This document shows, one piece after another, positions 16,847 through 27,428 of a DNA stretch of 50,699 bases. The number at the start of each line of letters is the position of its first letter. Within the stretch, counting starts at the first letter, position 1. The notes beneath the pieces were generated by a model. The model was not told the DNA's origin. It did not search any database and saw only the letters and a list, made by a program, of their open reading frames with translations. Both the position numbers and the translations under genes were made by a program. Origin of the DNA: a phage; sequence record PZ150740.1; one strand, written 5' to 3'.

Positions 16847-17102
16847 AGTGGATCATTCCGTGCTGAAAATTCCACGAATCGACAAACTCTTGCATGTCAT
16901 TTCTTATTTGTTCGTGCCATTTTTCAAGCGGTAGTTTTCTTGTCTCCTCAAAGCTCATATCTAATGCGCTTGAAAATTCCCACGGATCGCAATCAATCAT
17001 CTTTTTCACGTTATGGTTTTTATCAAGTGCATCGCACACCATAGCGCGAAATAACAACCATTCGCCAGTTTCATTTAAATAAACGCTTCTCTCTTTTTTC
17101 AT
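16845..17102 (-). CDS. hypothetical protein
   Basis: ORF track; stop in box 16826-16846. Confidence 0.5.
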   Translation of the reverse strand: MKKERSVYLNETGEWLLFRAMVCDALDKNHNVKKMIDCDPWEFSSALDMSFEETRKLPLEKWHEQIRNDMQEFVDSWNFQHGMIH

Positions 17103-17106
17103 CGTG

Positions 17107-17832
17107 TTAGCTCCGTTTGCGTGCGCGACGTTCGGTTACAGAAGGGCAAATATCGCTGATCTTAACGTATCGCGTTTTCTGCTCCTCGCCTTCTTTAAGT
17201 TTGCGCATGACAAAAATCACGCTTCCCTTGTTGTTGCCCTGCACAGGCTCACCAGTCAATCCAGACACAAAGGCGATTCTTCCGGTGCGGGAGTATTCTA
17301 CTCCACCCTCTTCGTAAACCTCGCCAGTGATCCAGATGATTTCAGCCGCGTTTTTCTGCGCTTCATAAAACCATGCTGTAGAGTTGTCGGCTGGCAACAA
17401 AACATCAATTTGGTTGTTGTGCTCCATTTGCTCAATTGCTTTCTTGATAAATGGAGTTGGGTTGCTGTACGGTGGGTTAAGCCATACGTGCTTGTTGCTA
17501 CCCCACCAACGCTTTAAGCAGTTTGTTTCCTTGCTATAGAACTTCTCGCAAACTGCGTTTTCCTGGCTTGCTGCTGCGTCGAGATCGTATTCACCAAATT
17601 CTGATTCCATCCACTCCACGATCTCTTGAGGAGTGCTCCACATATCGCGCACAACGTCCGGCGTGGTGCTTCCAGCGTATCGGTTGCCGCTTACCTTATA
17701 ATATTGATTTGGCTTTACTGCCTGGTAATGGCCTCCAGTTGCAAGGGCATTCCCTATAAACGTTTCTCTCTCCAACTGCTCAAAGCTAACGAATGCGTCA
17801 TGAGTGTCTTTATCTAAAATATCTTTAGCCAT
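17107..17832 (-). CDS. dam: DNA N6-adenine methyltransferase (Dam-like)
   Basis: NPPY motif (WLNPPYSNP); box unit upstream. Confidence 0.75.
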   Translation of the reverse strand: MAKDILDKDTHDAFVSFEQLERETFIGNALATGGHYQAVKPNQYYKVSGNRYAGSTTPDVVRDMWSTPQEIVEWMESEFGEYDLDAAASQENAVCEKFYSKETNCLKRWWGSNKHVWLNPPYSNPTPFIKKAIEQMEHNNQIDVLLPADNSTAWFYEAQKNAAEIIWITGEVYEEGGVEYSRTGRIAFVSGLTGEPVQGNNKGSVIFVMRKLKEGEEQKTRYVKISDICPSVTERRARKRS

Positions 17833-17871
17833 TTCATTTCTCCGCTATTAAAAGCAATCTCGTGTTATTGA

Positions 17872-17916
17872 ATTATGGCGCAATCCATCGCGCCAGTTTT
17901 AACAAAAAGTGCTATT
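17872..17916 (-). promoter_or_regulatory. box promoter unit upstream of Dam gene (-10-like CATAAT)
   Basis: Perfect box 17896-17916; spacer hairpin GGCGC/GCGCC. Confidence 0.55.
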
Positions 17917-18232
17917 TAAGCATGTATTCAATAGCCAACTTAAACTGATTGAATCCGTAGGCGACCGCAGCGAATCCTCCTAAGCTGCGAACGCGACGCA
18001 AAAAAGCCTTTTGTTCATCGCTGACTGGTGATGCTTTCCCCTTGCCTGATTTATTTACTCGTTTGATCTCAATCGCTGCAAAGGGGTATTTTCCGTTTAA
18101 ACCAATCAGGATGATGAAATCGCTTACTCCCTTAACCAAGCCGGACTGCTGATCAATCATCGCCGTTACTTTAGACTTCTCATTCTCGTTTACCGTATGC
18201 CACGCCAGCAAGTAAGGATGAGCATAAGTCAA
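17912..18232 (-). CDS. VRR-NUC domain nuclease
   Basis: KGVSDFII ... IEIK ... SDEQKAFLRRVRSLGG pattern typical of VRR-NUC; start codon uncertain (TTG in track). Confidence 0.6.
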   Translation of the reverse strand: MTYAHPYLLAWHTVNENEKSKVTAMIDQQSGLVKGVSDFIILIGLNGKYPFAAIEIKRVNKSGKGKASPVSDEQKAFLRRVRSLGGFAAVAYGFNQFKLAIEYMLK

Positions 18233-18329
18233 CCACTGAAAACTATCTATCTGGTGATTAACTTCCTTTCTCGTGTCGGTTGATCTCTTTCGTAAAACTC
18301 AAGATAATCGCCTTTATCAGTTATAGCCA

Positions 18330-18860
18330 TTAAACAAACTCCCGTTTTGCAATGTTATCCTCACCTTTGCCGTTTTTGCGATGCGTTACGCGTACAGGAG
18401 GCATGATGTGATGAGCGTATGACATTATTTTACGCGCATTTCTATAGCTCGCCACCATACCAGCAATCTTGCGATCCGGTATGTGCTGCAATGCTATTTT
18501 TCTCCATATCGTCCGGCAAATGTTGCTTTCTGACTCAGGGAAAAATCTTTCGTATGCCTTGAACGTGTCGCCGTTGGCCTCAAGCTCATAGCAAAAAACA
18601 ATTCCTTTCTGGTTTTTCGTCATATCAACGCGGAAAGATTTAACGTTGCACCAATCGTTTTTGGTGTAGTGCTTACCGCTTAACTTCTCGTTAGGATCGA
18701 CAAGAGAAATATCGCAACAACGGCAAACTCTCGCCACTACGTCGTTTTTTGTTCCGCAACCGCGCTTGATTATCTTTTTTGTTCTCTGATCTACCTGGTC
18801 CTCGCAAATTCTGTAAGTCCAAAAATGCTCGCATCTCTTCCCGTTATCGTCTACGTGCAT
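18330..18860 (-). CDS. Cys-rich (zinc-ribbon-like) protein
   Basis: Multiple CxxC-like pairs (CEHF...C, CRCC). Confidence 0.45.
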   Translation of the reverse strand: MHVDDNGKRCEHFWTYRICEDQVDQRTKKIIKRGCGTKNDVVARVCRCCDISLVDPNEKLSGKHYTKNDWCNVKSFRVDMTKNQKGIVFCYELEANGDTFKAYERFFPESESNICRTIWRKIALQHIPDRKIAGMVASYRNARKIMSYAHHIMPPVRVTHRKNGKGEDNIAKREFV

Positions 18861-18909
18861 ACATCGGCGAGCGTAAAAGCTGTTTAGCGTTCCACATATC
18901 GGGCAAGTC

Positions 18910-20325
18910 TTAGGCTCTTTCCGTTTGTAAATCTCTTTTGAAATTGCGCTTGCTCAAGAATTCGATCGAATACAAATCCCCTAACTCATCCATAGTACCT
19001 GCAAAATCCAATACAAGATGATCTTTTTTCTTGAATCCCTGCTCAATGTGCCATTGCTTAAGCAGTCGCATACCGCGCCCCAAAAGCTGGATAAGCAATG
19101 TTAGAGATCCTATCTTTCTCAGTATTACCGAAGTATCCCAAAACGGAACGTTAACGCCAGTGGTAAGCGCCTGTACCTGGAAGATGTATTTTACTTTCCC
19201 CTCGTATGCCTCCCTCAGCCACTCTTTACGCTGATTATCTCCAGTTTTGCCAGTTATGATCCTGTATTCAACGCCTTGCGGCAGTGCGGCGGCGGCCTCC
19301 TTGCAGTGTCTTTCCCCTGCGCATGTAACTAAAACTCCGTTCCTGTCTTTGCATATCTCATGGACTTTAGCCATGATTTTCTGTGTCATTGTTGCGTCTT
19401 GATGGATCTTTTCTTCCATCTTGCGCAATGTTTTAGCGTCAAAGTCTGAAACGCCATCCTCGCTACTGGCTTCGAACTCTGAAAGGTCATACCCCAGGTC
19501 GCCTACGTCGCCGAAATTTGTTGGCACTACCGAACCGAATTTGATTAAGTAGTTTGTGTCTATGTTAGTAACCTGCTCACGCCAGAATCCCTTTTTGTTC
19601 TTATCTTCAACCAGTATTGGAACCACGCCGCGAAATTCAGATCCAGTCATACCGAATATTCGCAATTCGTGCCCGTATGCCTCGCGACACCTGCGCATCA
19701 TTTCCATGATTATTACGGTGTACTGTGTGCGCCCTGTTCCGAACATTCGATCGCCATTGGAATCAAATTGCTGTTCTTCTCCAATCAGTACAGGCAAATC
19801 CTTCTTAGTGGTCATCTGCTGGTAAGATTCATTATTTTCTATCGCGTCCGCGAGATCCTCCCAATCCACCTGGTGACATTCATCAATACCGATAACGTGC
19901 GGAACATAATCACCTAACGACTTAAACAATCCGTTTACTACAGTGCCCTCAGAACCGACTACGATCGGAAAGTATGCGCTTTTTGTTTTCAGTCCGGCAC
20001 AATAGATTGAGTTTGGCACGCCAAGATTGCTGATCTCTTCCGAATCCTGATCAACAATTTCAGCCTGGCGAGCAAGCACCATCATTTTCAATCCCATTTT
20101 GCGGCATTGCGCCGCAACCATCGCAAACATCAATGTTTTGCCAGCCGACACAGAAGCCTTAACAAAGAAAGGATGCTCATAGTTTTTCATGCGCTTTGCG
20201 ATCTCGGCATACGCAACGCACTGATAAGGATAAGGCACTATATTGCCAACCGTGAATCGCTCTTGGATGCTTTTTATTACTGCCTCGCCTAACGCCGATA
20301 TTTGTTTTTCTATATTTGGAATCAT
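18910..20325 (-). CDS. SF2 DNA helicase (DExH-box)
   Basis: Walker A SAGKT; GIDECHQ (DECH box). Confidence 0.8.
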   Translation of the reverse strand: MIPNIEKQISALGEAVIKSIQERFTVGNIVPYPYQCVAYAEIAKRMKNYEHPFFVKASVSAGKTLMFAMVAAQCRKMGLKMMVLARQAEIVDQDSEEISNLGVPNSIYCAGLKTKSAYFPIVVGSEGTVVNGLFKSLGDYVPHVIGIDECHQVDWEDLADAIENNESYQQMTTKKDLPVLIGEEQQFDSNGDRMFGTGRTQYTVIIMEMMRRCREAYGHELRIFGMTGSEFRGVVPILVEDKNKKGFWREQVTNIDTNYLIKFGSVVPTNFGDVGDLGYDLSEFEASSEDGVSDFDAKTLRKMEEKIHQDATMTQKIMAKVHEICKDRNGVLVTCAGERHCKEAAAALPQGVEYRIITGKTGDNQRKEWLREAYEGKVKYIFQVQALTTGVNVPFWDTSVILRKIGSLTLLIQLLGRGMRLLKQWHIEQGFKKKDHLVLDFAGTMDELGDLYSIEFLSKRNFKRDLQTERA

Positions 20326-20357
20326 CTTAAACCTTTAAAAAATGCCATTTGGAGTAT

Positions 20358-20402
20358 ATAATAGACTCATTACAATAAACTGTTTTAACAAAAAATGCTA
20401 TG
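20358..20402 (-). promoter_or_regulatory. box promoter unit upstream of helicase (-10-like TATTAT), overlapping divergent plus-strand TATAAT
   Basis: Box with 2 mismatches; plus-strand TATAAT at 20357-20362 for gene 20413. Confidence 0.5.
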
Positions 20403-20412
20403 AGGTGACTAG

Positions 20413-20889
20413 ATGAAAGATGCACGAATTGCAGTGTCTACGGGTGAGATCGACAAGCGCACTATTAACGGTAACAACGGAACGCGACGAGGTAAAGACA
20501 AAAAGCCACGAAAACACCGAACCGGATTTCTTATCCTGCGAGATGAGGTAAAAGCAAGCCTGAAATCTCGCCTTGACATTCTGATCGAGTATTACGGCGG
20601 TGTTCCTGCTATGGCTCGGCGTCTGCGCGTATCTCAGCAGGTAGTTAACCAATGGCGAAAGCGTGGTATGATTTCAGCCGCCGGAGCGCAAAAGGTGCAT
20701 AACGACTACAAATATAATGGATGCAAAGGATACCGCGCCTCGTTTTGTCGTCCAGATCTGCGGTTTGACTCTAACGGTAAGCCCATTACTACCCGTTGCG
20801 ACAAATACGAAATGTTGCGCGTAGTCAAAAATTCAGACTACGAACCTGGTGGGCGATTCTACAAAGGTGATAACAGCACGAATAGCTAA
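20413..20889 (+). CDS. putative HTH DNA-binding regulator
   Basis: Segment GVPAMARRLRVSQQVVNQWRKRG resembles Cro/YdaS-type HTH; basic N-terminus. Confidence 0.45.
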   Translation: MKDARIAVSTGEIDKRTINGNNGTRRGKDKKPRKHRTGFLILRDEVKASLKSRLDILIEYYGGVPAMARRLRVSQQVVNQWRKRGMISAAGAQKVHNDYKYNGCKGYRASFCRPDLRFDSNGKPITTRCDKYEMLRVVKNSDYEPGGRFYKGDNSTNS

Positions 20890-20896
20890 TGATAAG

Positions 20897-20932
20897 GCCC
20901 AGCGAAATGATAATATTTGCTGGGCTTTTTTT
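20897..20932 (+). terminator. rho-independent terminator
   Basis: GCCCAGC ... GCTGGGC hairpin followed by TTTTTTT. Confidence 0.5.
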
Positions 20933-20945
20933 ATTGAGGTTTGCT

Positions 20946-21875
20946 ATGAACACTGAAAACTTTATGACCTATCAGAAAGAAGATGTTTTGCCATATATGA
21001 AGGGGTTATGGCGTGAAGCTCTACAAAGCATTTGCGGACTGCATAGCGATGTTTTCAACAAAAAGCATCAGCCTTGCCCACACTGCGGCGGTAAGGATCG
21101 TTTTAGATGGACTGATAAGTTAAACGAAGAGGGCGACGGCGGCGCGATCTGCAACGTGTGCGGTAACGACACTGGAATCGGTTGGTTAATGAAATTGACT
21201 GGAGAACCTTACAGCGAGGCCATCAACATTTTGGGCCGCTTCCTCGGCAAAGTGCCACAAGATTACAGGATCAGAGCAAACAAACGCGCTTCACGTTCTT
21301 CTGGCTACTCGTTCGGGAAACAGGCAAGTCATGAATGCTGCGAAAAAGTGATGGCAAAAACATTAAAATTCGATCGCACACCTTTAAGCGTTTATGAGGG
21401 GATATATCCGCCGGAAGATTGTCATTATGATTGCGGCGTCAAGGATGGTCGATACATTCACGCGCTACCTTGTCACCTGGTGCATGATGACGGGCTGGAT
21501 GATGAAATGTGTAACGTGCTTTTCATTGATGAGGATGGAAAGGATTGGTTTTTAGCTCGCGACTACACGCGCGGATCTGTTGTTAAAACAGGTAGCACGG
21601 ATAAGACGATCTATTTGTGCCTTGATTGGGTTGACTCCCAACACGTTCATTTATCAACTGGTCAAGAGGTGTGGGCCTGTTTTACTCCTTCAAATCTTGA
21701 AATGGTTGCGCATAGATATAAAGGAGAAAGAAGAATGCGCGTAGTCTGCCGGAAAGATGATCGTGATGTGATAATCGCGGCAGAGGAAAGAGGTCTTGAC
21801 ATAATGATGCCTGTTAACGATAATTTTAAACAGGGCGTAGAAAGAAAACTCTACAAGCCCGAATCACTGCTATAA
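20946..21875 (+). CDS. primase-like protein with zinc-ribbon (start adjusted to MNTENF)
   Basis: CPHCGGKDRFRW ... CNVCG zinc-binding motif typical of primase zinc-ribbon domains. Confidence 0.65.
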   Translation: MNTENFMTYQKEDVLPYMKGLWREALQSICGLHSDVFNKKHQPCPHCGGKDRFRWTDKLNEEGDGGAICNVCGNDTGIGWLMKLTGEPYSEAINILGRFLGKVPQDYRIRANKRASRSSGYSFGKQASHECCEKVMAKTLKFDRTPLSVYEGIYPPEDCHYDCGVKDGRYIHALPCHLVHDDGLDDEMCNVLFIDEDGKDWFLARDYTRGSVVKTGSTDKTIYLCLDWVDSQHVHLSTGQEVWACFTPSNLEMVAHRYKGERRMRVVCRKDDRDVIIAAEERGLDIMMPVNDNFKQGVERKLYKPESLL

Positions 21876-21890
21876 AACTCCGCTAGTATT

Positions 21891-21916
21891 GCCCCGCTTA
21901 TGCGGGGTTTTTTTTT
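21891..21916 (+). terminator. rho-independent terminator
   Basis: GCCCCGC-ttat-GCGGGG followed by T9. Confidence 0.6.
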
Positions 21917-21981
21917 GCACTTGAAAATGCTATTATCTGCATTATCATTAGCAAAAAGTGCTATTTAGGAGGATTTTACAA

Positions 21982-24612
21982 ATGGCGATTTACAGACAAG
22001 GCCAAGCGTCTATGGACGCGCAAGGTTATGTAACTGGTTACGATACAAAATGGCGTGAGCAATTAACATTGATTCGCCCAGGTGCAACTATTTTCTTTCT
22101 TACTCAACCTTTGCAAGCTGCTGTGATTACAGAGGTGATTAGCGATACAAGCATTCGCGCAATTACTACTGGCGGCGCGGTAGTCCAGAAGACAAATTAC
22201 CTGATCTTGCTTCATGACTCGTTGACGGTTGACGGGCTGGCGCAGGACGTAGCGGAAACATTGCGTTACTATCAAAGCAAGGAAACGGAGATTGCTGACG
22301 CGCTTGAATTTTTTAGAGATTTCGATCTTGATGGGTTGAAAGATCTTGTAAATCAGGTGAAACAAGGCGCTGAATCAGCAAAACAAAGCGCTAGTGCCGC
22401 AAAGACTTCTGAAACAAACGCTAAAACATCGGAAACTAATGCCAAAGCATCTGAAAATGCAGCCAATGCAAGTAAGAATGCGGCTAAAACATCGGAAACT
22501 AATGCTGCTAACTCGGCTAGTGCCGCAAAGACTTCTGAAACAAACGCCAAAACATCGGAAACTAATGCCAAAGCATCTGAAAATGCAGCCAATGCAAGTA
22601 AGAATGCGGCTAAAACATCGGAAACTAATGCTGCTAACTCGGCTAGTGCCGCAAAGACTTCTGAAACAAACGCCAAAACATCGGAAACTAATGCCAAAGC
22701 ATCTGAAAATGCAGCCAATGCAAGTAAGAATGCGGCTAAAACATCGGAAACTAATGCTGCTAACTCGGCTAGTGCCGCGAAGACTTCTGAAACAAACGCT
22801 AAAACATCGGAAACTAATGCTGCAAACAGTGCAAACAAGGCTAAAACAGAGGCTGATCGCGCAGCGGCTGCTGCTGGAAGCTCAGAGGCTCAGAATAGAG
22901 TGCCGTATGCTGGTGTAACATTACCTGCGCCTACTGGCGTAAGGGATATGCTCAAGCGGTTGCGCGATACTGTCAAAGGAGGATTCTGGCGCGTCGATGA
23001 TATTACGCAGTTCCCTTCTGGCGAGATGACGCCGTTCAGGTATGGTCCAGGGGTGTGCGGCGGCGCTGGTGACACATTTTTTGCGTTTAACGTTGACTAT
23101 CAGACCTCTCGCGTGAAGGTTTTCGCTGGAAACAATGCCGCGATTAACGGCTCATCTGGAAATGTGGGTGCCATTGAACTGGCGAAGCTGGGTGCTAACG
23201 GTGACGTGGCGATCGGAGACGGCGGGACAGGCGCATCGAACGACCAGGGAGCGCGCGCAAACCTTCAGGTCATGCATGAGCGCCGGGCAACGTTGGTTAG
23301 TGAAGACCTTAACATCCTTCAGGGTGATAAGGCTGGATTTTATTATACTAGCTTATCTGCCAACGCAACGCCGGAGCGTAATTATCCCGTTCAGGAAGCA
23401 GGTTGTCTACTTGTTCAGCGCACTGGCGCTAACGATCCTAAAAGCTGCATACAGACGTTTACAGGATACAATAGCGGGCGTCGTTTTATGCGATGGCTTA
23501 GTAACGCGACTACTGGCATCTGGTCGAAATGGTACGAGTTGTATAACGCGGGGTCGTCGCCGGAATATAACGCTTACGTGAGAGCTAAAAGCGGTGATCG
23601 AATCGTCGAAATGTTTGTAGGAGGCACGGATGTTGGCATTCGCAACCGCACGTCGCAGAAAGTGCTACAGCTGCGTGATGATGGAGGCCTTTCGTATGAC
23701 AACAAGCTGATCGCGTATAACGGACTTGTAGCCAGCGGCACCTTCGCTATGACCGTACCAAGCATTAAAGTTACAACCGCTAATGGCGGTTTTCGTATCG
23801 ACGGAACAGCATCAACAAACAACCAACCGCTGCACGTAACAGGGTACAACTCCGCAGGCACGCGTCTTTGGTTTTTAGGTAAAGATACTGGAACGAGTGC
23901 GTTATTTCTAAATGACATAACGAAAAGCAAGGTTGAACTTATCGATTCTGGGGTTGTGTTAGGTACGAAAGACTTTGCGGGAAAAGCATATGTACAGGCG
24001 GCGAGTTTAGAGATAGACCGACCGAGTGGTAAGTATTTCAAAATGCAGAACGACGGAAACTCATCACACCCTGCAAGTTTCAAATTGTGGGGGAACGGGT
24101 CAGATAGACCGTCTGTTATTGAGTGGGCTTTCGATAACGGCCCTGGGTGGGTTTTTTACGGTCAGTTAAATAAAGATAACTCAAAGCATCTTCAAGTTAA
24201 CGGCCCTGTAAATGCGACAGCATTCAATCAAGCATCTGACAGAGATCTTAAGGACAACATTGAGGAGATTGATAACGCAACTGAATCATTGCGCAAAATG
24301 AGCGGATACACTTACACGCTTAAGGAGAATGGTTTACCTTATGCTGGGGTAATTGCTCAAGAAGTAATGGAGGCAATACCGGAAGCTGTTAGCGGATTCA
24401 CTCGGTACACGGATCTTGCTGGTCCAACTAAGGATGGAAATCAGCTAGTTGGCGAGGAAAGATTCTTATCTGTTGATTATGGCGCTGTTACTGGATTGCT
24501 TGTGAAAGTATGCCGTGAAAGTGACGATCGCATAAGCAAACTTGAAAATGAGGTTGCAGAATTAAAAGATTTACTGTCAAAGCTAATCAACAATCCTACT
24601 ACTCTTAACTAA
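21982..24612 (+). CDS. tail fibre with tandem Ala/Ser/Thr-rich repeats and C-terminal intramolecular chaperone domain
   Basis: 42-aa repeat x3.4; C-terminal [13 protein letters not shown]...YAGVIAQEV...LENEVAELK typical of autocleaving chaperone domains. Confidence 0.8.
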   Translation: MAIYRQGQASMDAQGYVTGYDTKWREQLTLIRPGATIFFLTQPLQAAVITEVISDTSIRAITTGGAVVQKTNYLILLHDSLTVDGLAQDVAETLRYYQSKETEIADALEFFRDFDLDGLKDLVNQVKQGAESAKQSASAAKTSETNAKTSETNAKASENAANASKNAAKTSETNAANSASAAKTSETNAKTSETNAKASENAANASKNAAKTSETNAANSASAAKTSETNAKTSETNAKASENAANASKNAAKTSETNAANSASAAKTSETNAKTSETNAANSANKAKTEADRAAAAAGSSEAQNRVPYAGVTLPAPTGVRDMLKRLRDTVKGGFWRVDDITQFPSGEMTPFRYGPGVCGGAGDTFFAFNVDYQTSRVKVFAGNNAAINGSSGNVGAIELAKLGANGDVAIGDGGTGASNDQGARANLQVMHERRATLVSEDLNILQGDKAGFYYTSLSANATPERNYPVQEAGCLLVQRTGANDPKSCIQTFTGYNSGRRFMRWLSNATTGIWSKWYELYNAGSSPEYNAYVRAKSGDRIVEMFVGGTDVGIRNRTSQKVLQLRDDGGLSYDNKLIAYNGLVASGTFAMTVPSIKVTTANGGFRIDGTASTNNQPLHVTGYNSAGTRLWFLGKDTGTSALFLNDITKSKVELIDSGVVLGTKDFAGKAYVQAASLEIDRPSGKYFKMQNDGNSSHPASFKLWGNGSDRPSVIEWAFDNGPGWVFYGQLNKDNSKHLQVNGPVNATAFNQASDRDLKDNIEEIDNATESLRKMSGYTYTLKENGLPYAGVIAQEVMEAIPEAVSGFTRYTDLAGPTKDGNQLVGEERFLSVDYGAVTGLLVKVCRESDDRISKLENEVAELKDLLSKLINNPTTLN
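22390..22819 (+). repeat. intragenic tandem repeat, 126-bp unit, about 3.4 copies, near-identical
   Basis: Unit starts at 22390, 22516, 22642, 22768; only 1-2 substitutions between copies. Confidence 0.85.
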
Positions 24613-24618
24613 AAAAAT

Positions 24619-24644
24619 GCCCCGCAAATGCGGGGCATTTTGTT
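24619..24644. terminator. bidirectional rho-independent terminator
   Basis: GCCCCGC-aaat-GCGGGGC flanked by A-run and T-run, between convergent genes. Confidence 0.65.
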
Positions 24645-24645
24645 A

Positions 24646-25098
24646 TTAGAATGGTATATCATCGTCAAAGTCAATCGGAGGCTGATTGCTTTGCTGTGGC
24701 TGCTGTTGAGTGTTTTGTTGCTGTTGCTGTTGTGGTTGCCCCCAACCTCCTTGCGTTCGCTGTTGATATTGTTGCTGACTTTCCCCACGCTGGCTAAATA
24801 GCAAGTTTGCAAATCCGCCAGGCTGCACGGTGCTGTAAATCTTTCCGTTGTATTCTCGCGTTTCAACTCGCAAGGTATCGCAGGAAACAGAAATAACCTT
24901 GCCTACCTGGAACGCCTCAGCATACCAACCATTCAGGCCGTCTGTTTTCGCGTTAAAGAAAAATACATAGTTTGTATACTGCCAATTGCCTTCACGGTCT
25001 TTATATCGTTCGGAAAGCTCAACAACATATAGCGTGCTGCCGTTAGGCATTTGCTTTACTTTTGGCTCTTTTCGGATCTCACCTGTAATAACGTGCAT
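24646..25098 (-). CDS. ssb: single-stranded DNA-binding protein
   Basis: Gln/Gly-rich linker and acidic C-terminal tail DFDDDIPF; start adjusted to MHVITGEI after RBS. Confidence 0.85.
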   Translation of the reverse strand: MHVITGEIRKEPKVKQMPNGSTLYVVELSERYKDREGNWQYTNYVFFFNAKTDGLNGWYAEAFQVGKVISVSCDTLRVETREYNGKIYSTVQPGGFANLLFSQRGESQQQYQQRTQGGWGQPQQQQQQNTQQQPQQSNQPPIDFDDDIPF

Positions 25099-25112
25099 TT
25101 TGTTTTCTCCTA

Positions 25113-25140
25113 TGACAAAAGGGGCGCAAGCGCCCCGTTT
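25113..25140 (-). terminator. rho-independent terminator after Erf gene
   Basis: GGGGCG-cttg-CGCCCC followed by TTTTGT on minus strand. Confidence 0.5.
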
Positions 25141-25141
25141 A

Positions 25142-25798
<657 letters not shown>

Positions 25799-25871
25799 TT
25801 AATTCTCCCGTTATCTGGTTGGCGAATTATATCACCAACCATTATAAAAGTTTAGCTATTTATTTGGTTTG

Positions 25872-26927
25872 TCATAGATACTGCCTGAATTGAGCGCGTA
25901 CCCAATCAGGAGTATCAAGATCAATTTCTGGTTGCCCGTTTGCATACGAAGGCCATTCATCTAACTGTTGGCAAACGTTGAACTTGTTGATCACGCTCAT
26001 GTACTGGATGCGACCGATCTTCAATTGCTCAATGTTCATGCGGAATGCGAGCGGCAAGTAAGGCTCTTTCTTCTCTTGAGCAAGCAATCTCACAATTACT
26101 GGCCTTTCCTCGTCTGGATACGCCTTTTTAAATAAATCATGCTGCAAAGCCATTTTGAGATAATAGCCGTGATTGTAAGCCAGGCGCTGGAAGTCAACCG
26201 GATTTGCGCTAACCGTTGTTTTATAGTCAGTGATAATCACAGCTTCTGGATAGATGACTTCTTCATAAATCGGTCGGCCTTTTTCGTCGTAACCGTTAAT
26301 GATTGTGGCCTTTACATCCTTGTTTACGTCAACGTGATCAAGGCGCACTTTAACTTTTACGCCATTGATGATCCCGAATATTGACATTTCACGCTGCGCG
26401 GTTGGGCTATTCATGCAAGCATTATGCTCAGGTATTGCCTCAAGTACGCGCCGCATCGCTACACAGGCATCATAATCTTTCGCGTCGATTAGCTGCACGC
26501 CGTCCGCTGCGGCCTGGCATTCTGCCATCATTTCGATAAGCCACCATACATTGAGATCCTCACCGCACTTGTACAGCATTTCCAGCAATTCGGGGTATTG
26601 CTTACCCGTTGTACCTTTCAGGCCAAAAGATTTCAGCTTTGAGGCCAACGCCGTTTGACTTGTGATCAGATCTTTAAAATCATCCTGCGATGGTGCGCGG
26701 CGATATGTTTTTTCGAATAACTCCTTGCTTTCAAAATTGGTATGCGACTGCGTACCGAAAACAAGTGCCTTAGTTTCCTGGCGAGGCTTGTACTTCCAGT
26801 ACGCCGGGCAAGTGCTGTAAATCTCCGCCAAGCTGGAACCGCTGACGTATTCAGCAGTCCACGCGTTAGGATCATGATAAAGCTCATTGCTCATTTCTTC
26901 GCTGGTGTAGGCGTTAAAATCACTCAT
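25872..26927 (-). CDS. recombination exonuclease (PD-(D/E)xK family)
   Basis: Position upstream of Erf/SSB; D...(I)TDYK nuclease-like motif. Confidence 0.55.
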   Translation of the reverse strand: MSDFNAYTSEEMSNELYHDPNAWTAEYVSGSSLAEIYSTCPAYWKYKPRQETKALVFGTQSHTNFESKELFEKTYRRAPSQDDFKDLITSQTALASKLKSFGLKGTTGKQYPELLEMLYKCGEDLNVWWLIEMMAECQAAADGVQLIDAKDYDACVAMRRVLEAIPEHNACMNSPTAQREMSIFGIINGVKVKVRLDHVDVNKDVKATIINGYDEKGRPIYEEVIYPEAVIITDYKTTVSANPVDFQRLAYNHGYYLKMALQHDLFKKAYPDEERPVIVRLLAQEKKEPYLPLAFRMNIEQLKIGRIQYMSVINKFNVCQQLDEWPSYANGQPEIDLDTPDWVRAQFRQYL

Positions 26928-26957
26928 CTTTAATGCTCCTGGTTGCTTTGTGTGTGC

Positions 26958-26985
26958 ATTGTAGCCATTTGGTTGATTTAGTCAA
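26958..26985 (-). promoter_or_regulatory. near-consensus sigma70 promoter (TTGACT-16-TACAAT) for recombination genes
   Basis: Minus strand reads TTGACTaaatcaaccaaatggcTACAAT; spacer resembles promoter at 6665-6692. Confidence 0.55.
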
Positions 26986-27353
26986 TAGTTGTTTTGTTTT
27001 TTCTGTTTTCTAAACGTTCTCAGATGGCAATAAAACAAATTTGACGCGTAAGTTAATGATTAATATGTGTTATTTTTCTTGTTCCCTTGTTCTCTCAGAT
27101 ACGCCGGATTATATACATACACATGAATGATGGCACATACAGATACTCAGAAAGAAAAATCACCACAAACAACCAAAACCACAAGAAACACAGATAACAA
27201 GAAAAAACAAATATACATACATAAATAAATAAACTATTGATTTTATATGTATATATCTATTTTGTTGATTATTTATTGTTCTTATGTTGGCTAAAATTTG
27301 CGCTAAATTTACGCCGTCTTAAATCCGATAACACCGGAAAACAAAAAATAACA

Positions 27354-27397
27354 TGTAGCACTTTTTGCTAAACCCAGCTTGTCGGATCGTGTATAGT
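27354..27397 (+). promoter_or_regulatory. degenerate box promoter unit (-10-like TATAGT) upstream of lipoprotein gene
   Basis: TGTAGCACTTTTTGCTAAACC (4 mismatches); leader TACAGTCAACAACAAC. Confidence 0.45.
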
Positions 27398-27428
27398 TAC
27401 AGTCAACAACAACTAAGGAGTATTGAAG

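Noticed and set aside
22390-22819. Possible CRISPR array suggested by regularly repeated sequence
   Set aside because: Repeats are contiguous 126-bp units with no unique spacers and lie in-frame inside a coding gene.
22353-22918. Long ORFs on both strands overlapping the tail-fibre repeat region (22353-22838 minus, 22394-22918 plus)
   Set aside because: They are produced by the low-complexity tandem repeat; their translations are repetitive and the tail-fibre frame is continuous with flanking conserved sequence.
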